Below, in pieces: positions 47,546 to 57,948 of a stretch of DNA of 57,948 nt. Each line of letters begins with the position of its first letter. The stretch's first letter is position 1. Source of the DNA: an uncultured archaeon. Lineage in GTDB: Archaea; Asgardarchaeota; Thorarchaeia; Thorarchaeales; Thorarchaeaceae. The stretch covers positions 1-57,948 of the forward strand of contig CAYYQL010000015.1 of NCBI GenBank assembly GCA_964473825.1, read 5' to 3'. The notes beneath the pieces were generated by a model, which worked only from the letters and a program-made list of their open reading frames with translations, ran no database searches and was not told the origin of the DNA. The position numbers were made by a program, and so were the translations under genes.

Positions 47546-50338
47546 GTGTGGATGACTGCCTTGCAAGTAGGATACGGTGCATCGGGTAGCTCGCGGAGAA
47601 GGGCTGTCACATTTATTTGCCTGATGCTCTCGGCCTCTCTTGCAACGGCAATCACAGTCTACGTAGACTCCTATTCTGTGCACAAGTGGGAAGAGCTCCT
47701 TAGTATCGGTCCAGTCGCGATGGAAGTCGGCGGAGTGGGTGTTCAAGATATTCAGGACGAAATCTCTCAAATCCCGGGAGTCTTGAAGACTGCCACGTTT
47801 GTGATAGCTCATGGGGCTCTTTCTCCTGTTTCATGGAGTCAGTATGAGGGTAGTTTCGGGGGAGGTATCATAGAGTACAATCATGCACTGGTTGATGCAT
47901 TCAGTGAGTTATTCATCTTGGAATCTGGCTCGTTTCCCGAGGAGGTTGATGAGATAGTCCTCAGTGTCGAAGTAGCAGACAATATCGATGTTGGCATAGG
48001 TGACCTTGTCAACTACACACAGGAAGTCCATGGAGACACTGGTTCGTACATTATGAAGGTTGTAGGCCTCTGGAATCCGCAGGGTTCAAACGTAGATTAC
48101 TCCAACTACGGATGGTCAATCGCAATCGTAATGCCTCCAATGATAGGGCTGACCAGTGCTGATGTCTATGTCTGGGTCGACGTAGACAGATCGCACATCT
48201 CGCCATTCAACGTCCAAGCAAGTCTTGACTACTTAACCCGAATTGAAGAGTCAATCAGGCAGTTGGACCCCACATACAATCCACAATATGGCGGAGGCAG
48301 ATACTGGATTAGTGATGGACTCTTCTATGGGATCACACGTTACGCTATGTGGCAGCAGTATAAACGGATGACTCAGCTACTAAGAGCAGGGGGCGCAATC
48401 ATACTAGTGATTTTGACTCTCTTCCTTGCCGTGAGACACAATATGAACGAGAGAAGGTACGAGTCAAACATCCTCATCTCACGAGGTGCTGACAAGAACA
48501 CTGTCTATAACATGGTCTACAAGGAGATTATGGTCATTGCGGTTCTCTCGACGATAGTTGGCCTGGGGCTCGGCACTGTTCTAAGCCGAGTGGGGATTAT
48601 ATCAACTGACTACTTCGCACTGGACTGGCCTAGATTCTTTAGTGAACCTCTGCTGATAAGCCTCGAGTCACTGATCATGTCTGCTCTCATTGGGGCTTTC
48701 GTTCCCGTGGGAGCAATAGTCGCCTACGATATTGTCTACAAGACCAAACGTGCAGCTGATGAAAGCACAGGCAAGCTGGCGAAACTCACTCGTGGTCTAG
48801 TATTCATAAAGTGGGATGTGCTCCTCGTATCGTTGACAGGTGCAGCAATAATCGCCATGTTGAGTTTAGGATCCTCCATGCAGCTCAACCTCTTCTTGAG
48901 ATTCTTCTCGAACATCATACTTAGCTTTGCACCCTTCGCGCTGTTTCTGGGAGCGGCAAGTCTATTCATCAAAGCACTTAGAGCGGGAGCTAGTAAAGTT
49001 TCTTCTAGACTCAAGGGGGTCTTTGGCGTCATTCCTTCATCCGTCGGGATTAGGCGCATTGGAAAGGCAGCCTCTTCTGCCGGCCCAGTTGCCATGGTCT
49101 TTGTTCTCACAATCAGCCTCGCTTGGAGCAACGCAGTTGTGAGTGATTCACTACCTCTTACAAAGACCAACCAAGCCAAATTCGCGTTCGGAGCAGACAT
49201 TCGTTTCGATTTGGATTCCCTTCAGAGTTTCGCTTCTGTGAACCGAACTGGGTTCATCGAGAACTGCACCCAGCATGGAGCCTACGTAGCTGGAGCAGAG
49301 CTGTCTATTGCTGAATTGATGCTATCTACCGGACAGTACGACTCTGCAGATTTGGTGGCCATGAATCCAGCCGACTTCTTGGACGTTGGATATGACTACA
49401 CAGGTCAACCACTCAATGAGTCGCCTCTCAGGAGCATGCTATTAGACCTGGATAAGAACCCTATTGGAGCCCTAGTTTCTCAGGACATTGCCCAGGACTA
49501 CGAACTGTCAGTGGGCGACTCGCTGCGTTCGTATGGAACCGAAATGGGCAATATCTCGGTTTTCACATTCACAATTATCGGTATCTATCAATCTCTGACC
49601 AATGCACTCCCATTTGATACCCAGTCAGCCGGATACTATAGCCGGGCATTTGGCCAGCGCACTGTGTGGGTCAATCGGGGATACCTGTCACAGTTCATGA
49701 ACTTCACCATGGAATCTCGTAATATGTACGCGATGAGGGTTGACGACCACAGAAACACAACTGAAGTAGCTCTGGATCTTCTTGATGCTGCAGGATATGA
49801 GCCACCCGACCCAAGTGGCCCTATCAGTGCCCGTGACTATGTCGATGTTGACTCCGAGGTCCGGGCATTTGTCGAGACTACTGAGTACACCATGGACCGA
49901 GCAGTAGACACAATGCTGACAGTTGCTAGCACCCTTGTCATTTTCGGGGCCATAGCCATCTATGCTGCTGAGGGGTTGAGTGCGCGAAGAAGAGAGATTG
50001 CCTTGATGAGAGCAATGGGGGCTGACAAGAAGATCATTGTAAAGACGCAGGCAGCGGAACTCATCGTCATAGTGGGGGCCAGCGTACTTCTACTACTTGT
50101 CTTCGCACCACTGTTCAGCATAATTACAATGCTAGCTCAGCACACTAGCTACATGATCTATCCCATCAGAGTCTTCTTCTCAATTCCATATCTGACCCTT
50201 GCTCTTGTGTTGAGCTTCTTCCTCGGCGTGGTAACGCTCTTCATTATCGGGGTCTCCACGCTTGCGGCAAGGATTCAACTTGCACAATCATTGAATGCAT
50301 CATGGTCCGAAGGCGGACCAATGGGAGGGGATGTCTAG
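47546..50338 (+). CDS. FtsX/MacB-type ABC permease (duplicated, large extracytoplasmic domains)
   Basis: ERRYESNILISRGA and RRREIALMRAMGA FtsX motifs; multiple TMs. Confidence 0.88.
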   Translation: MWMTALQVGYGASGSSRRRAVTFICLMLSASLATAITVYVDSYSVHKWEELLSIGPVAMEVGGVGVQDIQDEISQIPGVLKTATFVIAHGALSPVSWSQYEGSFGGGIIEYNHALVDAFSELFILESGSFPEEVDEIVLSVEVADNIDVGIGDLVNYTQEVHGDTGSYIMKVVGLWNPQGSNVDYSNYGWSIAIVMPPMIGLTSADVYVWVDVDRSHISPFNVQASLDYLTRIEESIRQLDPTYNPQYGGGRYWISDGLFYGITRYAMWQQYKRMTQLLRAGGAIILVILTLFLAVRHNMNERRYESNILISRGADKNTVYNMVYKEIMVIAVLSTIVGLGLGTVLSRVGIISTDYFALDWPRFFSEPLLISLESLIMSALIGAFVPVGAIVAYDIVYKTKRAADESTGKLAKLTRGLVFIKWDVLLVSLTGAAIIAMLSLGSSMQLNLFLRFFSNIILSFAPFALFLGAASLFIKALRAGASKVSSRLKGVFGVIPSSVGIRRIGKAASSAGPVAMVFVLTISLAWSNAVVSDSLPLTKTNQAKFAFGADIRFDLDSLQSFASVNRTGFIENCTQHGAYVAGAELSIAELMLSTGQYDSADLVAMNPADFLDVGYDYTGQPLNESPLRSMLLDLDKNPIGALVSQDIAQDYELSVGDSLRSYGTEMGNISVFTFTIIGIYQSLTNALPFDTQSAGYYSRAFGQRTVWVNRGYLSQFMNFTMESRNMYAMRVDDHRNTTEVALDLLDAAGYEPPDPSGPISARDYVDVDSEVRAFVETTEYTMDRAVDTMLTVASTLVIFGAIAIYAAEGLSARRREIALMRAMGADKKIIVKTQAAELIVIVGASVLLLLVFAPLFSIITMLAQHTSYMIYPIRVFFSIPYLTLALVLSFFLGVVTLFIIGVSTLAARIQLAQSLNASWSEGGPMGGDV

Positions 50339-53154
50339 TGTTCTTGTTCGCAAGACTGATGTCTCGTGTACCTCAAGTGCTTGTGACCCTTGTGGTATTC
50401 TCGCTTTCTTCAGGAGTACTTGGAGGCGTTTTGCTGTACATGGATGCTGTCGGACCCGAAGTCCTCGAAGATTTCACAGAGGATGTTCCGGTTGACATGA
50501 AGGTCCAAGTTCAAAGAATCTTTCAGTACCAGAATGAAACAACACTGGCCGATATCATCGAAACGATAGAGAATCAAACCCATGTACTCAGAACCGAATC
50601 GGTTACCTATGTTGAGTCATACGACTGGAATCAAGCAGACCACCGATATTTCGAGAATACGTATCTTGGTGTAGATTCCACGTTCCTCCAGACTTTTCCA
50701 GATGCCCTGCAAAACACCGAGGAAAACCTCCAATTCAATGACACGACCTGCTGGCTTGAGGCTGAAACGATGGATCATCTCGATCTGGCACTGGGGGATA
50801 ACTATACGGTAAAGATACGGAGATACGATGACTATGGACAAGAAACAGTAGAGAAAGAGAACTTCACAATTGTAGGAACCTTCACGTCAAGGCTGTTCAT
50901 GAGGAGCTACTACTGGGAAGGACAGGATACGTTTACCTCCCTGAGGATGGTGACCACTAAGGGAGGGCTAATCGACAGGATATCTCCACTCTTTCCAAGC
51001 AATGAAGTTAGATACGGAATCTGGACAAAGATTGACCGTGGACTCGTGGTATTTTCAGACCCCGCACAGACCATCGACGAACTCGATAATATCCGCCGAC
51101 GAATTGAGCAGCGGCTCTTGCCATATGCGGCAGTACCCTATGACGGGTTTGATCTTCGCGATGCCGTGTCAGAGTACGTAAGCTGGGTATTTGTCATTCG
51201 GGCGATTAGCGTTGCATTCTGTCTCCCCACAATACTCATGGGAATCTTGCTTGTGTACTACAACTCCAATCTGCTTGCAGATGAGCAGCGGCGTGATGTT
51301 GGCACCCTCAAGACACGGGGTGCATCGGGCAGACAGGCATTTAGATGGATAATGGGCTCAGCGATGTTCACGGCCATAATAGGAAGTCTTGGGGCTATCG
51401 GAACAGGAATTGTAGGTGCCATCGTGTCAAGCACGGTAAGAACTTTCATGGACTTCAATCTTGACCAGTTAGGTCAGTTCTCGTTCTTCTTCACGCATCA
51501 ATCTTTTGTCTTCATCTTTGCTTTTTCTTTCGCAGTAGGAGCCTTGTTTGCGCTCCCTGCTGCAATGAAGGCGCTCACTATCACGGCCACAGAGGCACAC
51601 AGCATCGTGCAGCGTGAAAACCTGCTCGAGAGAGAAGACATCGGCAATCCTTTCTTCGACATAATCGGATTCGCGTTCTCAGCCTACTTGCTCGTGCCTT
51701 TACTGATGATTCTCGGATATGGATTCAATCTCATCGCAGTTGCATCCATAATGTTGCTGGTGACTCCATTACTAGCCATTACACTATTCACATTCATCCG
51801 CGGTACAGCACGAATGAGTCCATCATTCAAATCAGCCATTCTTGAACGAATAAAGAAACCACAACTGGCTGCGGCTTCGAGGGTGTTTTCACGGGCTTCT
51901 ACTGTTTTCAAGAAGAGTGAAGTCATCGGAACTATGTTCATCGCATTGGTTTTTACCGCAGGAGTCTTCTCGTCGGTTTCAGCAACAAGTGGATACACAC
52001 ACATGGAGCACCTATTCTGGTTTGAGAACGGAGCAGACATCAAGGTTGAGCTGAATCCTGTATTTGGCAATATGACTGCAGCGTTTGTGAACAACTTGAC
52101 TGCCATCGAGGGGGTGTCATCAGCATCTGCGATTCTTGAGGCAAAGGGTCACGCCACGTATCGCACCTTGGACATCCAAGGAATACCGCATGACAATAAT
52201 GTCTCTATTGACATCATAGGTGTACAACCAGAGGAGTACGAAAGCACGGGGTTCTGGCTGCCATATTTCGCCTACAAATCCACACCACAACAGGCTCTGC
52301 AAGCAATGCAGCTAGCCAACTCGAATGTCTTGAGTTCCTTTAGACCCCTTAGTCACTTCACAGGCCAGTATCCTAACCGTAGACCAGTCTATGCTGATGA
52401 ATTCAGACTGGAGCTCAGCGGACCAGATGAAAAACACTATCTTGACTGTCACATCATTGATACCCTCACACAAGGAGAGGCAGGTGGGACCACATACCTT
52501 CCTGGCTTCAACACGAATAGTTTCGTTCTCGTGAATCTTGACTACGTTCAAATGGCACTTAACACCAGTAGAGTTAGTCGCTATTTTGTGAGTATCGAGA
52601 AACAAGCTAACTACACACAAATCGTTCGGGATATCTATGAGTTTGCACCAAACAACATTGTCTCAATTGAGAGCTCACATCAACGCCTCGATCAGGCCCT
52701 CGATGCGAAGGCTGGACAATCAGTGTTCGGCATTTATACCCTGAACGTGGTCTTCGCATTGGTCTATCTAACAGCGGGAATGACTGTGGTGTCGGTTATT
52801 CGTGTTCGGAAACTGCGTCGAGAATTCTCAATCATGCGGGCGCTAGGAAGCGAAACCAGAGATATCATGTTGGTAGCAGGAGTTGATGTGATTGCCAGTG
52901 TTCTATTAGCTACCGCCATTGGTAGTCTTTTTGGGATAGTCTTAGCCAGCCTGGTCAGTCAGATTCCACTCGTCTTTATGGATAGTTCAGCAGTATACCT
53001 ATGGAGCCGTCTTCCGGTCATGATTGCCATTCCTGTGGAGTTGTTGATTGGAATCATTATCACAGCCTTTGCCTTCTCACTAGTTGCGGCGCTCATGGTA
53101 ACGTGGAGATGCCTACAAGCAAACATCGCGGAGGAGATTCAGTATGCGGAGTGA
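50338..53154 (+). CDS. FtsX/MacB-type ABC permease (second paralog)
   Basis: QRRDVGTLKTRGAS and RREFSIMRALGS motifs. GTG at 50338 overlaps the upstream TAG (track start 50302). Confidence 0.88.
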   Translation: MFLFARLMSRVPQVLVTLVVFSLSSGVLGGVLLYMDAVGPEVLEDFTEDVPVDMKVQVQRIFQYQNETTLADIIETIENQTHVLRTESVTYVESYDWNQADHRYFENTYLGVDSTFLQTFPDALQNTEENLQFNDTTCWLEAETMDHLDLALGDNYTVKIRRYDDYGQETVEKENFTIVGTFTSRLFMRSYYWEGQDTFTSLRMVTTKGGLIDRISPLFPSNEVRYGIWTKIDRGLVVFSDPAQTIDELDNIRRRIEQRLLPYAAVPYDGFDLRDAVSEYVSWVFVIRAISVAFCLPTILMGILLVYYNSNLLADEQRRDVGTLKTRGASGRQAFRWIMGSAMFTAIIGSLGAIGTGIVGAIVSSTVRTFMDFNLDQLGQFSFFFTHQSFVFIFAFSFAVGALFALPAAMKALTITATEAHSIVQRENLLEREDIGNPFFDIIGFAFSAYLLVPLLMILGYGFNLIAVASIMLLVTPLLAITLFTFIRGTARMSPSFKSAILERIKKPQLAAASRVFSRASTVFKKSEVIGTMFIALVFTAGVFSSVSATSGYTHMEHLFWFENGADIKVELNPVFGNMTAAFVNNLTAIEGVSSASAILEAKGHATYRTLDIQGIPHDNNVSIDIIGVQPEEYESTGFWLPYFAYKSTPQQALQAMQLANSNVLSSFRPLSHFTGQYPNRRPVYADEFRLELSGPDEKHYLDCHIIDTLTQGEAGGTTYLPGFNTNSFVLVNLDYVQMALNTSRVSRYFVSIEKQANYTQIVRDIYEFAPNNIVSIESSHQRLDQALDAKAGQSVFGIYTLNVVFALVYLTAGMTVVSVIRVRKLRREFSIMRALGSETRDIMLVAGVDVIASVLLATAIGSLFGIVLASLVSQIPLVFMDSSAVYLWSRLPVMIAIPVELLIGIIITAFAFSLVAALMVTWRCLQANIAEEIQYAE

Positions 53155-53159
53155 TTGTC

Positions 53160-54047
53160 ATGAATGAGAATCTGGAAGAAATCGCACAGAAGTACAAGCT
53201 CGTAGTACGTGACCTCATGAAAGTCTACAAGAGAGGAATGAAGGAGGTCATCGCTCTAAGAGGCATCGACTTTGAAGTGTCTGAGGGAGAGTTCATCACC
53301 ATAGTCGGCCCATCAGGTAGCGGTAAGTCGACTCTACTGAAGCTACTGGGGGCCTTGGACAGACCTACAGCTGGAAGTGTTCTTTTTGATGGCCATAGTG
53401 TTACCCTGCTTGATGACTATCGGGCGATGATGTATCGAAGAAGGAAGGTTGGCTTTGTATGGCAAAGTGGAAACCTTGTTCCTGGACTCAGCGCCCTGAA
53501 GAACGTAATGCTGCCTATGAAGCTCGCAGGGGCTCCAAAGGACAAGTCAAGAGAGAGAGCCGAAATGCTACTCACAACGCTTGGCCTCTCCAAGAGAATC
53601 GAGCACAAACCTAACCAGCTCTCAGGCGGTGAGAACCAACGGGTGGCAATCTGTGTAGCACTTGCAAACAACCCAGAACTGCTGCTTGCGGATGAGATCA
53701 CTGGAGAGCTGGATACAGAAACAACAGATATGGTCATGCAGTCGATCAAGAAGATTAACTCTGAGTTCGGCACAACAGTTGTCAATGTCACTCACAATCC
53801 CCGCGTCGCAGAGAAGGCAGATAGAGTACTCCGGATCAGAGACGGCCTCATCGAAGGGCAAAAGCACATGGTCTACGGAGAGATGACCGAGGTTGACGCT
53901 AAAGGAAGAGTTGTCATTCCCGAGAGCGTCAGGAAACTTGCAAATATCGGAAAAAGAGTAGTCCTTGAGGTCACAGACAAGGGTCTCCTCATGCGGCCGC
54001 TTGACACAAGTCTAGAAGATGATGAGAGTTCAGAGAACAAGAACTGA
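53160..54047 (+). CDS. ABC ATP-binding protein with a C-terminal AbrB/SpoVT-like domain
   Basis: GPSGSGKS, LSGGENQR, LADEITGELD; C-terminal VDAKGRVVIPESVRK. ATG at 53160 preferred over track start 53001. Confidence 0.9.
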   Translation: MNENLEEIAQKYKLVVRDLMKVYKRGMKEVIALRGIDFEVSEGEFITIVGPSGSGKSTLLKLLGALDRPTAGSVLFDGHSVTLLDDYRAMMYRRRKVGFVWQSGNLVPGLSALKNVMLPMKLAGAPKDKSRERAEMLLTTLGLSKRIEHKPNQLSGGENQRVAICVALANNPELLLADEITGELDTETTDMVMQSIKKINSEFGTTVVNVTHNPRVAEKADRVLRIRDGLIEGQKHMVYGEMTEVDAKGRVVIPESVRKLANIGKRVVLEVTDKGLLMRPLDTSLEDDESSENKN

Positions 54048-54356
54048 TTTCTTCAGCCAGTCACTTCAAGACTTCTTTCTGTGCCATATGCCAACTAGCT
54101 AATCCTTCGCGAGTCTATTCTCGGATCACAAGGCATCTCCGCCGCAGATTACTATCTACGTGAAATGAGTCTATCAACGTCGAATCAGCACTGATGACTG
54201 CTCGATCAAAACAACGGCAGTATTACCTTGAGCAAATCACTACACCGAAAAACGAGGAAGCGATGAGAGTCACTCACCGCTGCATTAGACTTGGCAACCA
54301 CCTGTGTGATACAGGAATGCACCACTCAAGTATTCAGTCTAGACTCGCCAATGGGA

Positions 54357-55652
54357 TTACGGGTAGACTCTCGTTACAGTTCTGGGGAAGGGAACGCAGT
54401 CGCGTATGTGTTCGAGTTTCAGCATCCATGTTATGAGTCTATCCAAGCCAACTCCGAATCCAGAATGCTCAACACTCCCATAGCGGCGAATGTCGAGGTA
54501 CCACTCGTATTTCTTGGGATCGTCGCCTATCCGGTTCAGATTCTCAATTATCCTTTCAACATCATCTTCTCGTTGGCTTCCCCCTATGATTTCTCCAAAA
54601 CCCTCAGGAGCCAAGACATCGTTGTTGAGATAGGTCCGAGGATCGTCAGGGTTATGCTTCATGTAGAAGCTCTTGATCTCCTTCGGATAACACTCGATTA
54701 CTAGGAAGTCCTCGCGATTCTTCGTAAGAATCTCTTCGGCCTCTGTTCGAATGTCCTCGCCCCAGGAGGTATCAAGACCTTCCAACTGGCACTGTTCGAT
54801 GGCCCTGGTATAGGTCATGCGCTCAAAGGGTGGCTCGATTCTTAGAAGACGGTCAGGACTAATCTCTAGTTCTCTGAGTGCAGACACACAGTTGTTGGCC
54901 ACGCCTCTACAAATGTGAGAGATGAGCTCTTCCTGCCTCTTGATGTTGCATTCATGGTTACACCAAGCCTCTTCGGCCTCCAAGTGCCAGAATTCAGTCA
55001 GGTGCTTACGTGTCCTAGATTTCTCTCCGCGGAACGATGGTGCTAAAGTGAAGACACGCTCCAAGGCGAATAGTTGTGGTTCCAAATGCATCTGGGAAGT
55101 CTGAGTCAAGTACATCTTCTTGCCAAAGTACTCGACTGTGAACAGCTCAGCACCTTCTTCGCCCATTGTGCCAACAAACATGGGAGAGGTGGTTTCATAG
55201 AATCCATTCTCTCGAAGGTATTCTCTTGCAGAACGGAAGACCTCATCGCGAACTTTCAGAACATTGGTCATGGCCCGAGAACGCATCCACAGATGGCGGT
55301 TGTCATTGAGAAACTCGACACTCTGGTCCTCAGTAATCGGGAACTCTTCTGCGAAATGTAAGACCTCGAGCTCCTCCACTTGGACCTCATATCCCCCCTC
55401 AGCGCGTTCATCAGATTTCACTGTTCCTTTCACAGACACCAAGGATTCGATGAGCATCCTTTCCGCATCAGCATACTCATCAGCACTGACAATCTTCTCC
55501 TTGATAACAGTCTGGACAACCCCTGACGGATCACGCAGCAGCGCAAAAACCATCTTTTTCTGTTTCCGGATGCGATGCACCCAGCCGCGTACCTTGATTG
55601 TCTTGCCTTCGTGTTTGCCTTCTAGTATTTCGCCAATAGGAACATATGACAT
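54357..55652 (-). CDS. asnS: Asparagine--tRNA ligase
   Basis: OB-fold RGWVHRIR, NRHLWMR, YLTQTSQMHLE, FRGEKSRTRKHLTEFWHLEAE, GEIIGGSQRE, YEWYLDIRRYGSVEHSGFGVG. Confidence 0.93.
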   Translation of the reverse strand: MSYVPIGEILEGKHEGKTIKVRGWVHRIRKQKKMVFALLRDPSGVVQTVIKEKIVSADEYADAERMLIESLVSVKGTVKSDERAEGGYEVQVEELEVLHFAEEFPITEDQSVEFLNDNRHLWMRSRAMTNVLKVRDEVFRSAREYLRENGFYETTSPMFVGTMGEEGAELFTVEYFGKKMYLTQTSQMHLEPQLFALERVFTLAPSFRGEKSRTRKHLTEFWHLEAEEAWCNHECNIKRQEELISHICRGVANNCVSALRELEISPDRLLRIEPPFERMTYTRAIEQCQLEGLDTSWGEDIRTEAEEILTKNREDFLVIECYPKEIKSFYMKHNPDDPRTYLNNDVLAPEGFGEIIGGSQREDDVERIIENLNRIGDDPKKYEWYLDIRRYGSVEHSGFGVGLDRLITWMLKLEHIRDCVPFPRTVTRVYP

Positions 55653-55757
55653 CGAGTTCACTCTCAGATGAACGGTCTGAAGTCTGGACGATAGACCAGT
55701 CTTCGCCTGAGCCGGGGAGAATAAAAGGATGACGGCCTTTGGCCCAGGGGAATATCA

Positions 55758-57656
55758 TCAACGACGTCTTAGGTACCATACCACGAAGTAGATGACAACT
55801 GCAAGGGCAATCATTCCGCCAAACAATGACACAACAATGAACATTGCGGGAGGTGACACGACAACCTTTACAGCGGCTGAGGCACTGTTGCCGCCTATGT
55901 CATACACGGTCAAAACAAGCCAGTGCTCGCCTTGAGCCAGACCCGAAAAGTCAAACTCGATGGATTCAGTTGTCCAACCATCTTGTTCCACAACGAAGCC
56001 ATTGACTTCGATAGTGTAGTAGTCCTTGTATTCGTCTCTTGCTGTCCAATTTCGGATTACCCTCAAGTCACCTTGATAGTAATAGATGGTCTCCGGATTG
56101 AATATTATCCGGGGAGGAACGGTATCAGATTCAACAGTTACAAGCACTTCATCAGTGGCTTCGTTACCGCTTGTGTCATTGACCCTGAGCACATAGATAT
56201 GAAGACCTATGCTGAGACCATCCAGAGATACTTCGACGAATGGCTGTAAGGGATCGACCTCACCAGTTTCAATTTCTGTTCCGTTTCGTTCGATGACATA
56301 CATGGAGGGGTTCTCTTCTGTGATATTCCAGCGAAGAGAGTAGCCCGTATCTGTGAAGAAGAATTCGAGATCATCAGGTCCCGATATTGAGGGAGTGACA
56401 TTCTCGTAAATCCGAAGAGTGATCACATCTTCAATGCTATTCTCATTCTGATCAGTAGCAACGAGACGAAGCTCATACGTCCCGAGCTCAAAGCCCGTAA
56501 CATTGTACGTGTACACGTACGAGGTGTTTGTCCAATCAACTTCCTCGTCTAAATCGCTGTCGAGATACAGAGCAATCTCTGATGGATACTCGTCCTCAAG
56601 ATGCCAACTTATTGTGATGTTTTCAGAGCCAACAAGGAACTCCTGGTCGCCGGGTGAAACTAGGTACGGCGCCCTTACGTCAGTATCAGGCGTTGTTAGA
56701 TTCTTGAAGTAAGTTCCGGCCCCCAAGAATTCTCCCTCATGCGTGACAGTCCAGTTCACGAAGGCAATGGGTAAGTCAAGAAACTGCACGGTTCCGTTCG
56801 AACCTGTGGTCTTTGAATCGATTTCTGTTCCATTCTTGAATGTCACATTGACAAGAGCCCCCGAGAAGGGAGCTTTGGTTGTTTCGTAGTATACGTAGAC
56901 TTCTAGGTCGTAATAGTCCGGGTCCCCAGCAAAAGGTCCGATGAACTGATGCACCTTTATGGACGTGCCGTCAGCAGTGAAATTGCTCTGTTCGAGGATA
57001 GAACCAGCATATTCATACTGAGCTACAATCAGCTGCCAGGTGTAGTTACCCACCGGGATGTTGGTGACGTTGACAACGCCATCAGTACCGAGCAACGTCT
57101 GATAGTAGATAGAAACGTTTTCGGCGAAGAGTATTGTGAAGTTGAGTCCCTCAGCAGGATCTCCTTCTATGTCAGTAATCGTAGCGTAAAGGTCATCGTC
57201 ATCATTCTGGCCATCGAGATTGCCAATTTCGAGCTCAACAAAAGCCTCGGGGCCATCAGAAACAACAATGCCGGATTCTGACACATCTGGTGCAGCATCC
57301 CAAGTAACCTCCCAAACATAGGTTCCCTGTGGAACGTCCTCGAAGATAGCATAGCCAAGCCCATCTGTGAGAGAGGAATCATAGAGAGAACCGTTTCCGG
57401 AGAAATAGAGACTGACATTTGCCAAGTCAACAGGAGATGAGTAGTTTAGGACCCTGAACTCGAAGTCATCGTCATTGAACTTCTTTCCTAGGTTCAGAGT
57501 TATGTTGGTGATTGTCAAATCAGAGTCACTCGGAGTGAAACCGTCAAACATGACAATCTGCGCACCATCATGTCCAACGAACATAGAGGGAGCTATCATA
57601 CTCACAAGTACTGTAGCCAATAGAATCGATGCAATCCCACGTCTGAATTCAATCAT
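55758..57656 (-). CDS. Cell-surface glycoprotein with repeated Ig-like beta domains and a C-terminal TM anchor
   Basis: Signal peptide, many N-x-S/T sequons, repeats of G.Y...L.V.D..GN, C-terminal hydrophobic helix followed by RRR. Confidence 0.85.
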   Translation of the reverse strand: MIEFRRGIASILLATVLVSMIAPSMFVGHDGAQIVMFDGFTPSDSDLTITNITLNLGKKFNDDDFEFRVLNYSSPVDLANVSLYFSGNGSLYDSSLTDGLGYAIFEDVPQGTYVWEVTWDAAPDVSESGIVVSDGPEAFVELEIGNLDGQNDDDDLYATITDIEGDPAEGLNFTILFAENVSIYYQTLLGTDGVVNVTNIPVGNYTWQLIVAQYEYAGSILEQSNFTADGTSIKVHQFIGPFAGDPDYYDLEVYVYYETTKAPFSGALVNVTFKNGTEIDSKTTGSNGTVQFLDLPIAFVNWTVTHEGEFLGAGTYFKNLTTPDTDVRAPYLVSPGDQEFLVGSENITISWHLEDEYPSEIALYLDSDLDEEVDWTNTSYVYTYNVTGFELGTYELRLVATDQNENSIEDVITLRIYENVTPSISGPDDLEFFFTDTGYSLRWNITEENPSMYVIERNGTEIETGEVDPLQPFVEVSLDGLSIGLHIYVLRVNDTSGNEATDEVLVTVESDTVPPRIIFNPETIYYYQGDLRVIRNWTARDEYKDYYTIEVNGFVVEQDGWTTESIEFDFSGLAQGEHWLVLTVYDIGGNSASAAVKVVVSPPAMFIVVSLFGGMIALAVVIYFVVWYLRRR

Positions 57657-57948
57657 CCATTGTCACTCTCTAATGATGCAAGATATACTAGGCCGTCGCT
57701 TGGCTAGAGGGCTCGGAACTTCGAGAGGCATAAAAGGGTTTTGACTGCTACGGCTCTGTAGAAAAAGTCAACGGGACTAGGGTCGCGATGACCATGATCA
57801 TCATCAGTTTGCTAGCATAATGTTCACATCCGGACATTCTGGAACGAGGACAGGACTCGCTCCCACACCTGATGTGAATTATTCTACAGAGCCGACTGCT
57901 ACGCTCCTGTACTAAGTCCTGCCTGAAGGGAACGTGGAATCTGTCTAG

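Noticed and set aside
54048-54356. ~300-bp gap between convergent genes, with short ORFs 54194-54436 and 54291-54704
   Set aside because: The ORFs overlap asnS antisense, and no convincing RNA structure or repeat was found by eye.
1-57948. CRISPR array, rRNA or tRNA genes
   Set aside because: No regularly spaced direct repeats and no cloverleaf or T-loop pattern were seen by eye in the intergenic gaps. A tRNAscan/Infernal run would be needed to exclude them fully.

Overview
Archaeal chromosomal DNA, most likely an Asgard archaeon (Thorarchaeia-like). This is inferred from a geranylgeranyl reductase, RadA/RadB-type recombinases, Hel308, XPD, a FEN1 paralog with a PIP box, TATA-type promoters and a Ras/Rab-like GTPase; no marker-gene search was run. 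The flanks carry mostly housekeeping and lipid genes: a glycyl-radical activase, esterase, GDPD, GGR, acyl-CoA ligase, GH3, APRT, a MacB/FtsX ABC system, AsnRS and surface proteins. Three things stand out. (1) A ~15.9 kb, 15-gene, tightly coupled minus-strand operon (38816->22963) combines four RecA/Rad51-fold paralogs, an Fe-S XPD helicase, a Hel308 helicase with an inserted SWIM finger, a FEN1 paralog, a membrane-anchored VirB4/HerA-like pseudo-ATPase and several membrane proteins. It is a candidate undescribed membrane-linked DNA import/exchange and recombination system. (2) The operon is bracketed by two large proteins with Lrp/AsnC-like features and by three copies of a ~100-bp intergenic module with gap-free spacing. 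It also sits next to a 2579-aa surface protein. (3) At the left edge, a TnpB-encoding element interrupts a glycyl-radical enzyme gene right at its RVxG|Y radical motif. No rRNA, tRNA or CRISPR array was seen.
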